This document shows positions 25,700 to 39,350 of a stretch of 64,000 bases of DNA, piece after piece. Where the stretch lies: NCBI RefSeq assembly GCF_009914755.1, contig NC_060947.1; one strand, 5' to 3'. The translations under genes and the position numbers were made by a program. Below the pieces are notes generated by a model. It did no database searches, was not told the origin of the DNA, and saw only the letters and a list, made by a program, of their open reading frames with translations. Source of the stretch: the human T2T-CHM13v2.0 reference genome, Homo sapiens. Every line of letters starts with the position of its first letter. Positions within the stretch are counted from its first letter, which is position 1.

Positions 25700-27365
25700 T
25701 AACATAAATAATGACTATTATAGTTTTCATAAACAATCTAAGCTATTAAAATAATTCAGTAAATGTAATGGGATAAATACTTGTAGACAAACTTGTCCTC
25801 ATTTAGAATCTAAAGTGATATTAAGTTAAATCATTGATATTTCATTACTTGGATATTTTCCAATAAAATATATTGTAGAAAAACATCGTTTCTAGAAGAA
25901 TGTGTGTCCTTTTTAAAAGGTGAATAACTCTTGTCTAATTCAAAGCTTATTTAAAGGTTATATATAAAACAAGGTAAAAGGAACCGAGAAGTAAGAGAGA
26001 TATAGAGAAAATTATGGAAATAAAGAAGTATTTTTGGTAAGAAAGCTTAAAGAAAAATAATTTTATATGAGAAAGAATCTCGTATGGTAAATTTTGTCCT
26101 AAAAGAAAATGACTGGTTGTTTAAGAAAGAGAGATGTTCAGGACAAACCAAAAAATCCAAGCATGTCATGAATGATCTGTATAAGTCATAATAAGAACAT
26201 TTATTAAAAATACTTTTATATGATTGAATTGTCTAGAATTAAAGGGAAATTATAATGGTCTTTCTGGAGATTGGGTTTGATTAAAAAACTTATGTGCTAA
26301 AGAATTGGTTCAAACTATGAAATTTGCTAAGATGTTGCTTTGATCTTAATAAATTAAAAGACAATGTAATTTTTTTAATGCAAAGTTCAACTTTTATTAA
26401 GTCTCACTATTTTCAACTTTCTCTCCCATTTTAAAAGGCCTGAAAGAAAAACTCTATTTTTTAACTCACTTTCAGCTCCTGGAATTTTTTTCCTTTCACG
26501 TTCTAACTGTTGTGGCCTAATGCTAAAAAACAAACAAACAAAAAAATTATGTCTTAAAAAGTTTAAAGAAAATGTTTCCTTCCAACATAATATTCTCCAT
26601 AGGGAACAGCAGTAACACTGCAGAAGATCTTTTCTTTTGCCTTTTGGTAACTGGCCTAATAAACAGATCTTACACTCTATCAAAATAATTGCGATGTTAT
26701 TACTAAGTTTGACTTGCTTAGAAATAACTGAAATAAAAAAATACAAAAGTTTATTACATCCATGTAACTTTCTGTTTGTGCTTTTAAAGTCTTTGTGCCA
26801 TTAAGTTACAGGGCTTTGACTCCTGAGTCTAAAAAGTACATTACGTCCTGCTAAATCTTAAACTGACAGCAGTTAAAGCCTCATCTTCAGACCCAGTAGA
26901 AGATGCCAATCAAAATAAACTGCATTCATGAGACACAGGGCCAGAAATTAAAGCTATTCAACTTCTGAAAGCCCAGGGACTATCACGGAAGAGGTGGGTT
27001 CATGAGATTGTAAGGGCCAATTTTGAGAAATAAAATAAGTTCAGTTTCTCTATAAATTAACCATTAAGGTTGAAGGCACAATGATGCAAGACAACCATAT
27101 GGACTTCAGAGTAATATGGCCTACGTCAATTTTCCAGGATTGTTCTTTCTTTGTTTTTGTTTTTCTCCCTTCCTCCCCTTATTTTCTCTTTATAGGACGT
27201 GAGACTTCACACCCTGCTAAAAATGAGCTTTCCTAATAATGTGGGGCCTACCTGTCAAGGAAAAAAACATCTTAGCCATGAGAGATCAGGTGAAACCTGA
27301 GAGCAGAGACACATTTTATTCTAAAATGCTTTCTCTGATAGATTTTAAAAAGAAAAGAGGGGAAA

Positions 27366-27910
27366 TGTGAAAGGAAAATAAATCTTGGGACCCCAAAATC
27401 ACTAAGGCAAAGGGAAAAATCAAGCTTGGAGCTGCTTAAGGCAAGCCTGCCTCTGATTCTATTCCTAAAAAAGATAGCTACTAAGATTTTTTTAAAAAAG
27501 GCTACATACCACCCTCACAGGGAATTTCCATGTGTACAAAGGACAGACAGACCTCAAAGTTATCCCTCTGCTCACTGAGATAAATTCATATCTGGTTGTC
27601 TCCTTTGGAAAGGCTAATCAAAAACTCAAAGGAATGTAACCATTTATCTCTTACCTATCAATGGCCAGAAAGCCCCCTCACCGTTTTGAGTTGTCCCACC
27701 TTTCCAGAAGGAATCAATGTATATCTTACATATATTTGATTGCTGATGTCTCATGTCTGCCTCAAATGTATGAAACGAAGTTGTGTCCTGACCACCTTGG
27801 GCACAGGTCATTAGTACCTCCTGAGGCTGTGTCACAAGCACACATCCTTAACATTAGCAAAATAAACTTCCTAAATTGACTGAGACCTTCTCAGATATTT
27901 GGGGTTCACA
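27366..27910 (+). mobile_element. MER4A-type 3' LTR
   Basis: tgtgaaaggaaaataaatcttgggaccccaaaatcactaag...aataaa...ggggttcaca. Confidence 0.88.
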
Positions 27911-28169
27911 GTTCCCTCCTCCATCTTCAACGCCAACAGTGGTGAGCTGAATCCCTCTCATGATGCCATCTCTCAGATTCTCTTTCTTTCCTTTTAGGGA
28001 CCTATGGAACTACATGGGGTCTACCAGATAATCTGGGATAATTTCCTCATCTCTTATGATTCTTAAATTAATCGCATCTGCAATTCCTCTTCTGATATGT
28101 AACAACATTCACAGGCTTTGGGGATTAGGGTGTGGAAATATTTGGGTGGACATTATTCTGAGTACCACA
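27911..28169 (-). mobile_element. Half of an MLT1 LTR
   Basis: cctccatcttcaacgccaacag...cattattctgagtaccaca. Confidence 0.75.
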
Positions 28170-30458
28170 GGTTCTTATTACCTTACAGATGAAAAACTGG
28201 GGCTCAAAGAAGTTTAGCAATTTGCCCAAGTGGTAAATATTGAGGCTTCAATTCAATCCTAGTCTGGCCTCTAGAGATGCTATAGTAATCAGTTCAAGGT
28301 GAGGGTACAGTGAGAGAACCATAATTCTGCCCACTGATTCTCATTCTCCCTCTGTTCCTGATTCTCTTTGCAACCATTAATAGTTATTTAAGTTTCCATT
28401 AGATTTTATTGTATCTCACCATTACAACTGAAGGTGAATTTCACTCTAGCAGGACTTCAAGGATTTTGGTAAGCACAGAATGTTTCCTGAGGAATATTTT
28501 CAATTCCAAGCAGGTCTAGACAGGTACAAAACACCTGTGCCTGTTTAGGGGATTCAGAATAGATTGCCACCTTCACAAATATCTAAAAGACTAGGAAAAG
28601 AAAAACAGGAACATAGGCTCTGGCTCTGAGTTTGCTGAAGTTCTCAGATAACATTATCAGCTTTCTTGGTCTTTGACAGTACCCCAAGATCCATGTCAGA
28701 GCATGAAAGCAGAGGACAGAAGTCTAGAAAACCCTTATCTAATGCAGTATTTTAAAAAATATGTATTATTCTTTACATGTGTCTCTCTACTTAGTATTCT
28801 TCAGAGTCTTTTCACCAGCCAGGTTACAAACTCTTGAGTGTCTTCTGGAATTAAAATATCTGTGTATTTTAGAGCAATAAAGGAAAAACTGAACAGCCAT
28901 ATCTGGAAACATAATATTTGCTTAATGAAGGTTAGTCTTTCTCTCAGTCTCTGGACAGTCTTCTTTGTGTCTCAACAGTTGCATTTCCTGGAGGGCAGTC
29001 ATCATTATAAATTCAAGTGACTTTTATAAAAACTCATTTAAGAACAAACTCAGAAATTAGTGCACATGTAATTCATGTATTTACTTGAACACAAGTAGCA
29101 TAATGACGACTAGTGATGTATAACTCCAGAGTCCAGTACTACATAGTTGTTAGCAATTTATACAGTTGAACAAATGTAAGTAGAAATTAATCATACACTA
29201 TGCAGATAATCTATCCCAGGCCTCCTTTTCCACCTTTACTATAGGGCTTAAGATGTGCAGCCTCTCAAATCCGAAGACGTTTAAATGATTTAACTGAATA
29301 CCTATTTAAGCCCACAGTAGAAATAAACCTATTTAACCCTAAAAGCTGGTGGAGGAACTCTAGTAACTATAGTTAACATATGTGTTATGGACTACCTGCA
29401 TACTGAAGCATATGCTTTCAAAATAATTATCTATAAAACAGATCTGATTTTTTCATTGGTTGTCATGATACCATCAGTGAAGCGTTCTCTGGGGAAATGA
29501 ACCAACTGGTGAATGATTTCTTTGGTTTTGTTTTATTTGATGAGGAAGGCATGGTCCCAATCTAGTCCTTTATTTTTTATTTGCAATGTTTTTAGAATTG
29601 GCAATATTGCACTAAAAATCGCAACACTACACTAAAAAACATAGTATATGCATCCTTCGGCATCTTCTCTTGCCCCTTTCTGTAAGAAAGGGACTAAAAT
29701 TTGTATCAGTCATTGTCGATTCTTGTATTAGCATGGGAGGAAGAAGAGGTTGAAATAATTGATTGAATAAATGATTGGCTAAAATCAAGTACAGTATGTG
29801 GATTTCAGCTAACTGGTTTTTTACCTCATTTAAATACTCTCTGCAAGATAACCTAATACCTCCCATATATAAGAATTGCTTGTGTAAAATTGAAAGCCAT
29901 ATGGAAAAATCATTGATCTATGTGTGTTTTATTATGTAATATTTTCGTCTAACTATAAAATAAAATGTATGGGAGAAAGCTTGACACATAAAATTTCTTT
30001 TGAACATAAAAGCAAGAAATATCAAGAATGTTTCCCTAATATAAAGGCTTTCTGCTTTTGCTTTTTATCTTAGAATAATGATGGAATAAATTGCAGCTAG
30101 AGAAGTGAAGATGAAAGAGAACTAATCCATAAGCGAGGAGTTGTAACATCAGAAGGACTGTTGCAGATTACCCTGACCCCTACAGTCTGCCAAAGGAAAA
30201 TGCAGTGCCTGGATAAGTGTCCTGCATATATTCATATGCCAATTTCTCAATAATGATTTCCCCAGATTTTAATACTGGTGTAGAATAAAATCCCTTTTGT
30301 TTTTTTATTCAAATAGAGTCATGAAATATTGGAAGTCACAATTAGCATGCAGGATAAGTTGATAGCTAAAATAATCATAGTATTTTAGTTTAAATTCTTC
30401 CATTTGAAAAAGTATTTAGCCCTGAATCATAAAAACTTTTAAAGACATAGAGAAATAG

Positions 30459-30611
30459 GACTGTGGTGGGGTGAGGGGAGGGGGGAGGGATAGCATTAGG
30501 AGATATACCTAATGCTAAATGACGAGTTAATGGGTGCAGCACACCAACATGGCACATATATACATATGTAACAAACCTGCACGTTGTGCACATGTACTCT
30601 AAAACTTAAAG

Positions 30612-30644
<33 letters not shown>
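30459..30644 (+). mobile_element. L1PA2/3-like short 3' end with (AAT)n tail
   Basis: gactgtggtgggg...aatgctaaatgacgag...cttaaagtataat. TSD agagaaatag (30449-30458, 30645-30654). Confidence 0.93.
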
Positions 30645-30645
<1 letters not shown>

Positions 30646-30922
30646 GAGAAATAGAAGCCAAGGGCTCCTCACACTTTTCCATTATATAATGCAGCTATCT
30701 TTTAAATTTGCTTTCTTCTTAACTAGAAGGTCTAGTATGGCATTCAATCTGAGAAGTAATCGGCTTTCTTTTCCTAAGCTTTTTACAAAGGAAAACCTGT
30801 GAACAATGGAGTTTCCTAAAGATGGAGTTAGTGAGTGTTCAACATATGTTTTTTGATAAGTGAATGCACTGGTCTAGGCTCTGGGATAAAAGCTAAGTTC
30901 ACAAATGGATATACTAGCATAG

Positions 30923-31336
<414 letters not shown>

Positions 31337-31859
31337 GAGAAGTACTTATTCTTGATTTAAACTGAAAAATGAGTGGTTTCTAATGAAATTAAAGTAGGTA
31401 ACATTGTTAAGGTATGTTAGAAATTTGCTATTTTCTTTTAAAGTATCTAGTTATAAGTAGTCTTTCTCTTGGTAAAAGTTGAGTTTAAGAGTTGTAAAAT
31501 AAAACTAAGGATATGAATTATATTACTATTGCTCTTAGTTGACTTCTAAATAGTATCTATATCAAGCTAAACAGGTATAGCAAGTGTATATTGTTGTTGT
31601 TGTTGTTTGATATGTGTATAGATTTGATTTGTTTTTGTGAGCACTGTTGACCCCAACTCATTCAAGTATCCAATCATGGTGATTTTATTAATATACTAAT
31701 ATATACTTATTAATATACTCACTGGTGAGCTGACTCATATAACTTTCCAGCCAGAAAACAGAGTGACTTGCTTTTTTTACACTATTTTCTTTTTACTGTC
31801 TTCGTTTTTCTGTTCATGTCCTTTGATTCACATCTTACCACCCTGGTAACTCATGAGAT

Positions 31860-32740
31860 ACTCATCATTATCCAGGAAAGGATATTCTACTTCCTCTCTT
31901 CCAAAATGCTCAAAGTTTGAGTGTCCCAGAGCTTAGTTCTTTATTCACTTCTTTTTGCTTTCTACACTGACTACCTAGGCGATTTCAGATTCATAGATTT
32001 AACTGTTCTTTATATGCTACTGCCTTTCAAATTTGACATATCTTTTGAACACATATTCCTATGTGCAGTTTCCTACTTGACATTTCCTCTTGTCGAAAAA
32101 TGAACTCTGAGTTATTTCCCCCAGTACTGTTTCTTCACCTTAATAAATGGCATCACCATTCACCCAGTTTCTCAGGACAAATGTGTTGCCATCCTTTATG
32201 ACTTTCCTCAGCACCACCACCACTATCCAGTGCATCAGCAAATTTTGTTGGCTCTAACATCAAACTATATTCCATAGTATATTATGTTATTCAAGATTAT
32301 AAACTTATTGTAAATGTATCATTTCTATAACCATTTCTACTGCCTGCTCACTAGTAGGAGCAACCATCCTATTTTCCCTTGACTATTGTAATAATCCACA
32401 CTGAATACTTTATTCATGTTAGTTCAGTCTTTGGAGTCAAGGAGTTGTAAGTCTGATCATTTTAATTGTGAAATGAGTGCTCAAGGTGGAATGGAGGCCA
32501 AGAAAATTGGAAGTGAGAAGGTCAAGTAGCTAAGAGTCCAGGGTGTAGTAGTGTCATCTGTATGGATTTTGAAATAGCCAAATTGATGATAATCATATGA
32601 TTAGAGAGCAACATAGAGAACAAGGTGCTGAAATCTAGAACATGAAATGAGTGAGAGGGAAAACCCTTGGTCCCATGTATTTGCACTTGCTCTACTTCCC
32701 TCATAACTCTCATAACGCTATACTTGTTCATGGGTTCTTT
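31860..32740. mobile_element. L2 fragments in both orientations
   Basis: Sense L2 text (aatggcatcaccattcacccagtttctcagg) with an antisense-looking block at about 32410-32660. Confidence 0.55.
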
Positions 32741-34297
32741 GCCTTTCAGATTTAGCTCTTTGTTAATGACCTCACTCCCTGCATTGTTTTCAGTTCACAT
32801 TCCTCAGAACAAGGAGCAGATCAGCTCTGTCTATTCATGTTTAGGTGGTCATTTTTTCAGTGTGTGGCAGGCCATATCACAGTTTGCCCTTTGCTCATGT
32901 TCCTACCTCTGATCTGCTTAACTGTAGCCAAACAGTGAAAAGGAATGACAGAGCAAGGATAAAGGGATCATGACTACCTAGCGTTGTACCTTCAGCAAAA
33001 ATTAGATTGAGGGGTTTATCTTATACACTAAAGCTTTGAAAGCACTTTAGACACGACACACAATAATTGAAATCTCTATATAATGGGGTTGTGCCAGAGA
33101 CTGTGGTAGTGAAACAGCAGAGATGAGGTGGGCAGTATGGGGAAGTCATTTTATAAATTCCTAGCATACATGTACTGTCATCTTAATTGAAGAAAACAAA
33201 AAACCTGATAATGTATATAATTACATATATTTAATATATGCATATATATACACACAAACTATATACAATTTTTATTTATCAAATGTGTGCCCAAAAACGC
33301 TTAAAATAAAAAGAGAGAAAAGCAAACTGAGTATATACATGACTTTACTTGGTGCTTGATGCATCCTAGATATTAAAATGTGCTTTGATTCCTACTTCCA
33401 TTCAATCACCGAGTGTTTATTACGCAGTCACTCTCTGCTGGGTATTTGTATTTGATGAGTAGTGAGTCCATGTAAGGATAATTAGGAATTCTGTGGCTCT
33501 GGGACCAAAACCTTACTTGCTTTCTCAACTCAGGCAAAGATAACTAGATCCTCACTCATTAAGAAGGATCAGCAATGCTATATAAATGATTCCTCTTACT
33601 GCACTTGCCCTTAATATAAAGTAAAAGGATGGATAGCACACTTACTTCATTGGAAATTAGAAAGATTAATTAAGTCAGGAAGCAGTGCTTTGAAGACGAA
33701 AGTGATTCCTGAGTGTTAAAGTGCTAGATAAGTATCCAGCAGTTGCAGGGACGATGCAGTCTGCAATAGTGTGCCAGGAATTGAAGGCACACCATAATGC
33801 TTTAGAATTACAAAAGGCATTTGCTGAAAATTCAACTGAGACAATGAACAGCTTGATAGCCTTGGGTTTCTGATAAAGTATCATTCTGTTTTCAAGTATA
33901 TGGTATCCAACAGAAAATACAAACATACGTCTTAAGGATAAAATGAGATTTAAGTGGACAAGATGAATAAAGTGTAAAACCCCATCATGGTGTATATCCT
34001 AATGTTCAGAACATGCGTGAGGAAAAAGACCTATATTGCATCACCTGATTTGAGTGATACAAACTAGAACAAAGGAGTTTGGAGGCAGAGTTGAATGCAC
34101 ATCAAAGATGCTCCCCAGATCTGAGAAATTTGATAAGATAAAGGTTGAAAAATGGAGAACATTGATTTGGAAAGGTGCCATAAATATTTCTTGCGTGATT
34201 GCAAGGGGTGGGAAAATAAATGGAGGAATGATACATGATTGTACATTGTTTGCTCATTTATTTTTTTGATTGCCTACTTTTAAAAATTTATCCTAAG

Positions 34298-34804
34298 TGT
34301 TATCACTTGAATTGTGCCTCCCTCTGGAAAAAAACATAAACAAATAAATAAAATAAATAAAATAAAAAAAGTTGAAGTTCCAACCCTCAGTAGAATTTCA
34401 CCTAAAGTTACCTTTGAATGTCACTATATTTGCGATTGAAACTTCCCAGATGATTTAGTTGTGATTAGGTCATTAGGGAAGACTCTACTCTGATATGACT
34501 GGTGCCCTTCTATAAAAGGGAAAATTTGGACACAGAGACACACCCACAAAAGAAGAATATCATGTGAACATGAAGGCAGAAATCAATGTGATGCCTAATG
34601 ATGTCAGAGATCACCGGCAACCATCAGCAGCTGGGAAAGAGGCATGGAACAGATCCCCCCTCACAGCCCTCAGAAGGGAACCAACCCTGCCAACCCTTTG
34701 CCCTCCAGCATCTACCCTTCAGAACCGTGAGGCAACACATGTCTGTTGTTTTAAGCCATCCAGTTTGTGGTACTTTGTTAGGGCAGCCCTACAAAATGAG
34801 GACG
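34298..34804 (+). mobile_element. MLT1B/C LTR
   Basis: atatgactggtgcccttctataaaaggg...aagccatccagtttgtggtactttgttagggcagccct. Confidence 0.8.
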
Positions 34805-34881
34805 CCTAGGATAGTGAAATATCCAATTAAATATACATATATACATTTTATTTTTCATTCAAATGAGTCTGTGCTCACTGG

Positions 34882-35172
34882 CTGCATGTAGGAAAACTTT
34901 CTGTAAAAGATGAATATTTTAGGCTTTGGTCTTAGGCACAAGTATTGAACTCTGCTGTTATCGTGCAAGAACAGTTGGGTAGTAAGTAAAGAATTGGCAT
35001 GAATGTGTTCCAACAAAATAATATTTATGGACACTGAAACTGGAATTGTATGTAATTTTCAAGTGTCATGAAATATTATACTTCTTTTGTTTTTCTTAAC
35101 AAATGAGGGATGTAAAAACCATTTTTAGCTTGTGGACAGATTTGGCCTGTAAGCGATAGTTTGCTAACCTTT
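34882..35172 (+). mobile_element. MER58A-like hAT fossil
   Basis: aaactttctgtaaaag...tttggcctgtaagcgatagtttgctaacc. Confidence 0.65.
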
Positions 35173-35296
35173 ACTATAATAGGAAGAAGATAGGTTTTTG
35201 AGTCAATGCGCCTGGTACTATCCCTTTCTTGCTGTGTAATTTCTGACGTGTTACTTCACTGAGTTTGGTTTCCATCCTTGGAAAACAGAGATAATT

Positions 35297-35843
35297 TTGG
35301 TTTACATATACACAATGGAATATTATTCAGCCATAAAAAATGAAATCCTGTCATTTGCAACAACATGGATGGAGCAGGAAAGCATTATGTTAAGCAAAAT
35401 AAGCCAGGGACAGAAAGACAAATATCACAAGTGCTTAACCATATATGAGAGATTAAAAATAGATCTCATCGAGATAGAAGGTAGAGTGATAGTTACCAGA
35501 GGCTGGAAAGGGTAGTGTGGAGAGGGAATATGAGGGGATGGTTAATGGGTACAAAAATACAGTTAGATAGAAGGAATAAGATCTAATTTTGATAGCTCAA
35601 TAGAGTAACTATAGTTTGCACTAATTTACTGCATTTTCAAAGTAACTAGTGAAGTAAAAATGGTTGCTCTTAACATAAAAGAATTATAAATGCTTGAGAT
35701 GATGGATATCCCAATTACCCTGATTTGATCATTACACATTGTATGCTCATATCAAAATTTCACAAGTAGTCCATAAATATGTGCCGGTATTATATAGCCA
35801 CAAAAAATAAGTAAGTAAATAAATAAATAAATAAATAAATAAA
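35297..35843 (+). mobile_element. L1MA 3' end with (TAAA)n tail
   Basis: YIYTMEYYSAIKNEILSFATTWME (ORF2 C-terminus) followed by 3'UTR. Confidence 0.9.
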
Positions 35844-35854
35844 TTCACTTTTAG

Positions 35855-36396
35855 CAGGGCTGGCTTATAAGCACATTATCTTCTAATTTTTTTTATTTTT
35901 GTGGGTATATAGTAGGTGCATATATTTATGGGTTACATGAGGTATTTTGATACAGGCATGCAATGTGAAATAAGCACATCATGGAGAATGGGGTAACCAT
36001 CCCCTTGAGCATTTATTCTTTGAATTTTTAAAAAATCCAATTGCACTCTTTAAATTATTAAATATACAATTAAGTTATTATTGACTATAGTAACCCTATT
36101 GTGCTATCAAATAGTAGGTCTTATTTGTGGGATCTAAAAATCAGAACAATTAAACCCATGAACATAGATAGTAGAAGAATCATTACCAGAATCTGGGAAG
36201 CGTAGTGGGAGTCTGGGAGGAGTTAGGAATGGTTAATGGGCACATTATCTGAGTAATCACACAGGGCCCTGCATTTAGAAGGGTTCAGCATTTGATTTAA
36301 TACTCTACTGTCATTATCTTGAAATGCTTAATAATTTTGAACAGGTCCTGTATTTTCATTTCATACTGAACCCCGTGAATTATGTACACAACTCTG
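35855..36396 (+). mobile_element. MER91A-like hAT-Tip100 fossil split by an L1
   Basis: cagggctggcttat... cacagggccctgcatttagaaggg...atcttgaaatgcttaataattttgaaca. Confidence 0.7.
35882..36239 (-). mobile_element. L1MA 3' end with 5' inversion
   Basis: Antisense 35882-36124, sense 36125-36239. TSD gcacattatct (35871-35881, 36240-36250). Confidence 0.9.
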
Positions 36397-38189
36397 GCTC
36401 CTAGCATAAAGTAGAGGCCCTAAAAGAATAGCTATTGTTGTGACTATGTGTTGTAGTGTGTAATTAAGTGTAGATGAATAAAAAGGTAAATTTTTATCCT
36501 CAGTTAAAGAACCATGACTTCACTGGTGGACAATAAGAATACACTCTCATAGGACAAAAGCACTGATGACTAGCAAGATAGACATCCTTGGAACAGATGA
36601 GCATACTGGCCTGGGAAGTAAAGACACAGCGCTCTAATTCTGTAACATGACAAATTAGGGACCAAGAGGAAATGCTCCAGAGACAGCCAATTTATGTGGG
36701 GGACCTAACTGTTCTCTTACAATGAAGGTTTGAGCTATGAAATCACTTTGAGAATGTGCTGACTTTGCAGGGGTATGTGCACAGAATGTTAAACAACTCC
36801 TTGCAGTTGGGTCTTGCAGCAATCTTTATTTTGAGCGGTGACATCAGAGCATTTATCCAAACGCTTGTTTAAATAGAAATGCAAAAAGAGGTGCATTGCA
36901 GTGGCTGCCGTGCAGTGTAAATCTCACACTGGGAGTGAAATCTGGGGCGCTGAGGATGTCTTGCCAACACAGCACAGAGTCTGACCTACTGTTAGTTTTT
37001 TTTGCTCACTGTATGCCACCAAATGGGAAAACTCAGAGCTCCAAATGAATTACATGCTCACCAACATTTCACTTTTCAGAATTACTGCTCAAGTGGTGGC
37101 AAGCAGTATGAGATTTATAAACAAACAAGCCATGCCATTTTTTCCTATATATATGAAAGAATACTCCTATTGGTGAGAAAATTCCCTTTGACAGTCTTCC
37201 AGCATGTTTGTCTCTATGCCAAACAGTATTGCAAAATATTCTGGCTGATAGAAGAGCTCCAATCCCAGGTTCATAGGATAAACCCAGCTCTCTGCAGCTA
37301 CTGTGAACTTCAGGTATGGCTTGAATTGTGAGAGTGCATTTTGCCAGTGTTATATACCCACTCTAGGGAGTGATTTCAGCCACTGGATGAATTAATCTTC
37401 AGAATTAGTTAAGTAAACAAATCATTACGAAATACATTATATTATTTACTAAGCAGTTTATATGTCTACAGTAATGACAATAACACACAGAACTTACAGC
37501 AGTATGAGACTGATATAAACAACACCCCTCCCTTACTAAAGTATTGGTGAAGCCCTGGCTTACTTAGGTGTGAAGCCTGTTGATGCTAATATTGAACAGT
37601 TTGATTTCCTTTGTCATTTAGGTGGTTAGGCTGCTTCTGAGCCACTTCTCCATTTCTTGCTAATTCCTATTAGGCTGGTCATCTCCCTGTATCAGCAGAT
37701 ATTCAGGGATAAATAAACCAAACCTTACATCTTTGTGTTTTTAGACAAGAAATTTTGTAAGAAATACAAGCCACATTAGCCAACGTGTTCAGGAATCTCT
37801 GCTCTGCCGTGCTTCTCCTTTGGCCTCCTGTGATTGTGCACTGAGCCAGTTTGCTGTTCATTAGCACCTTCAATATGCACTGCGCAGGGCTGGAGAGAAA
37901 AGGTTAAGATCAAATGAGTCAATTTGGCTTCTTATTAGTAGCTTTGACAAAAGACTTGGTGGAGAAAAGTTTACAACTAATCACTAAAATGAGAGGAAAT
38001 CAACCGTGCTATTCCTACCCCTGATTCCTGAGTGAGCAGAAGGTTGGATGATTTTTCTCTTTGCTAAATGGTGTCCTGAGGGTTTGAATGCTTGTAAAAA
38101 TGCTTGCCTTTGTATTGTTTCTACAGTGGGAAACTCATCAGTTGTCTGGGATCAAATGGTTTTGCTAATTAATCCTTTTTTTAAAGCAA

Positions 38190-38497
38190 TTTAAAGGAGC
38201 ACAAATTTATTATTTTATAGTTCTGTAGGTCAGAAGTCTGATACAAATCTCACTGGGATGATATCGCAGCATAGGCAGGGCTGGGTTTATTTCTGGAGTA
38301 TCTAGGGGAAAATCTGTTTCCTTGCCTTTTCTAGTTTCTAGAGGCTCCCAGCATTCCTTGCTTTGTGGCTCCCCTTCTTCCATCTTCAAAGCCAGCAATA
38401 TCACATCTCTCTGACCCTTCTTCTGTTTCCACATATGTCTGACTGCAGCCAGGAAAAGTTGTCACCTTTTAAGGACTCATATGATTAGACTGGGATC
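38190..38497 (-). mobile_element. MLT1D-like LTR fragment
   Basis: gtttccttgccttttctagtttctagaggct...ccttcttccatcttcaaagccagc. Confidence 0.8.
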
Positions 38498-38639
38498 TTA
38501 AAAACCAAAATATATTTTGCTAATTCACCCTTCCACTTAAATGACTTTTTTTTGTTTCTGTTTTTTTGTTTTGTTTTGTTTTGTTTTGTCTTTTTTACAT
38601 GAAAGAGGCATATCTTTTGGGAGTAAGGTGAAGCAGAAT

Positions 38640-39350
38640 ATAACCAAGTAAAAAATGGAGTAAATACAGTAATTTTAGATAGTGGTAAGCGCTAGAGAGA
38701 AAATAAGGCAGGGTGAGGAGTCAAGGACTGAGTGTGATCATGATGTTGTTTCAGGTAAGGTGGTCTGAGAAGGCCTCTTGGAGAGGTAACATTTGATCAG
38801 AGACCTGAATGATGAGGGTAAACCTTGGGAAGTTCTGGTACAAGTGCCTTCCAAACAGAGGAATGGTAAAAGCTCTGAGGCAGGAAAGCATTTTGGCTGC
38901 ATAAGAAGCGGCAATTAGGCTGGTGAAATTGAAACAGTGAACAAGGTGAAAGAGTAGTAAGAGACCAAATTAGAGGCACAGACAAAGATCTGATAATACA
39001 GAGTCCTGAAGCTTCTGCTAAGGAGTTTGGATTTGATTTTAAGTGCAGATGGGAGCCATTGTCTAGTGTTAAGCAGGAAACTGGCGTGGCCTGATTTATG
39101 GTTTAAAAAGATCATCCCATCTGCTGTATTGGGAACAGATACCAGAGAAGGTAAGAGTTAAAACCAAGAGTTAAAAGAGGTTGTTGAAATAAACAGATGA
39201 GAGATAATGTGTGAGACTTGGAATAGGATGATTGTAGCAGAGATGATGACAAATATCAGGATTTTAGAACAAATTTTAGGGCAGGTTTGCTAATGGGTTA
39301 GATTTGGGGAGAGGACAGGATTGAGGAGAAAAGAGAGGTCAAGGGTATAA
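38640..39350 (-). mobile_element. L2 fragment
   Basis: aaggcctcttggagaggtaacatttga...aaggagtttggatttgattttaagtgcagatgggagccattg. Confidence 0.75.

Larger units (their letters stand above)
21589..27365 (+). mobile_element. MER4-group ERV1 internal region, interrupted by THE1D and LTR8
   Basis: Continuity across both TSD-flanked inserts. Ends in the polypurine tract aaaaagaaaagagggggaaa directly before the LTR. No coding capacity seen. Confidence 0.8.
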
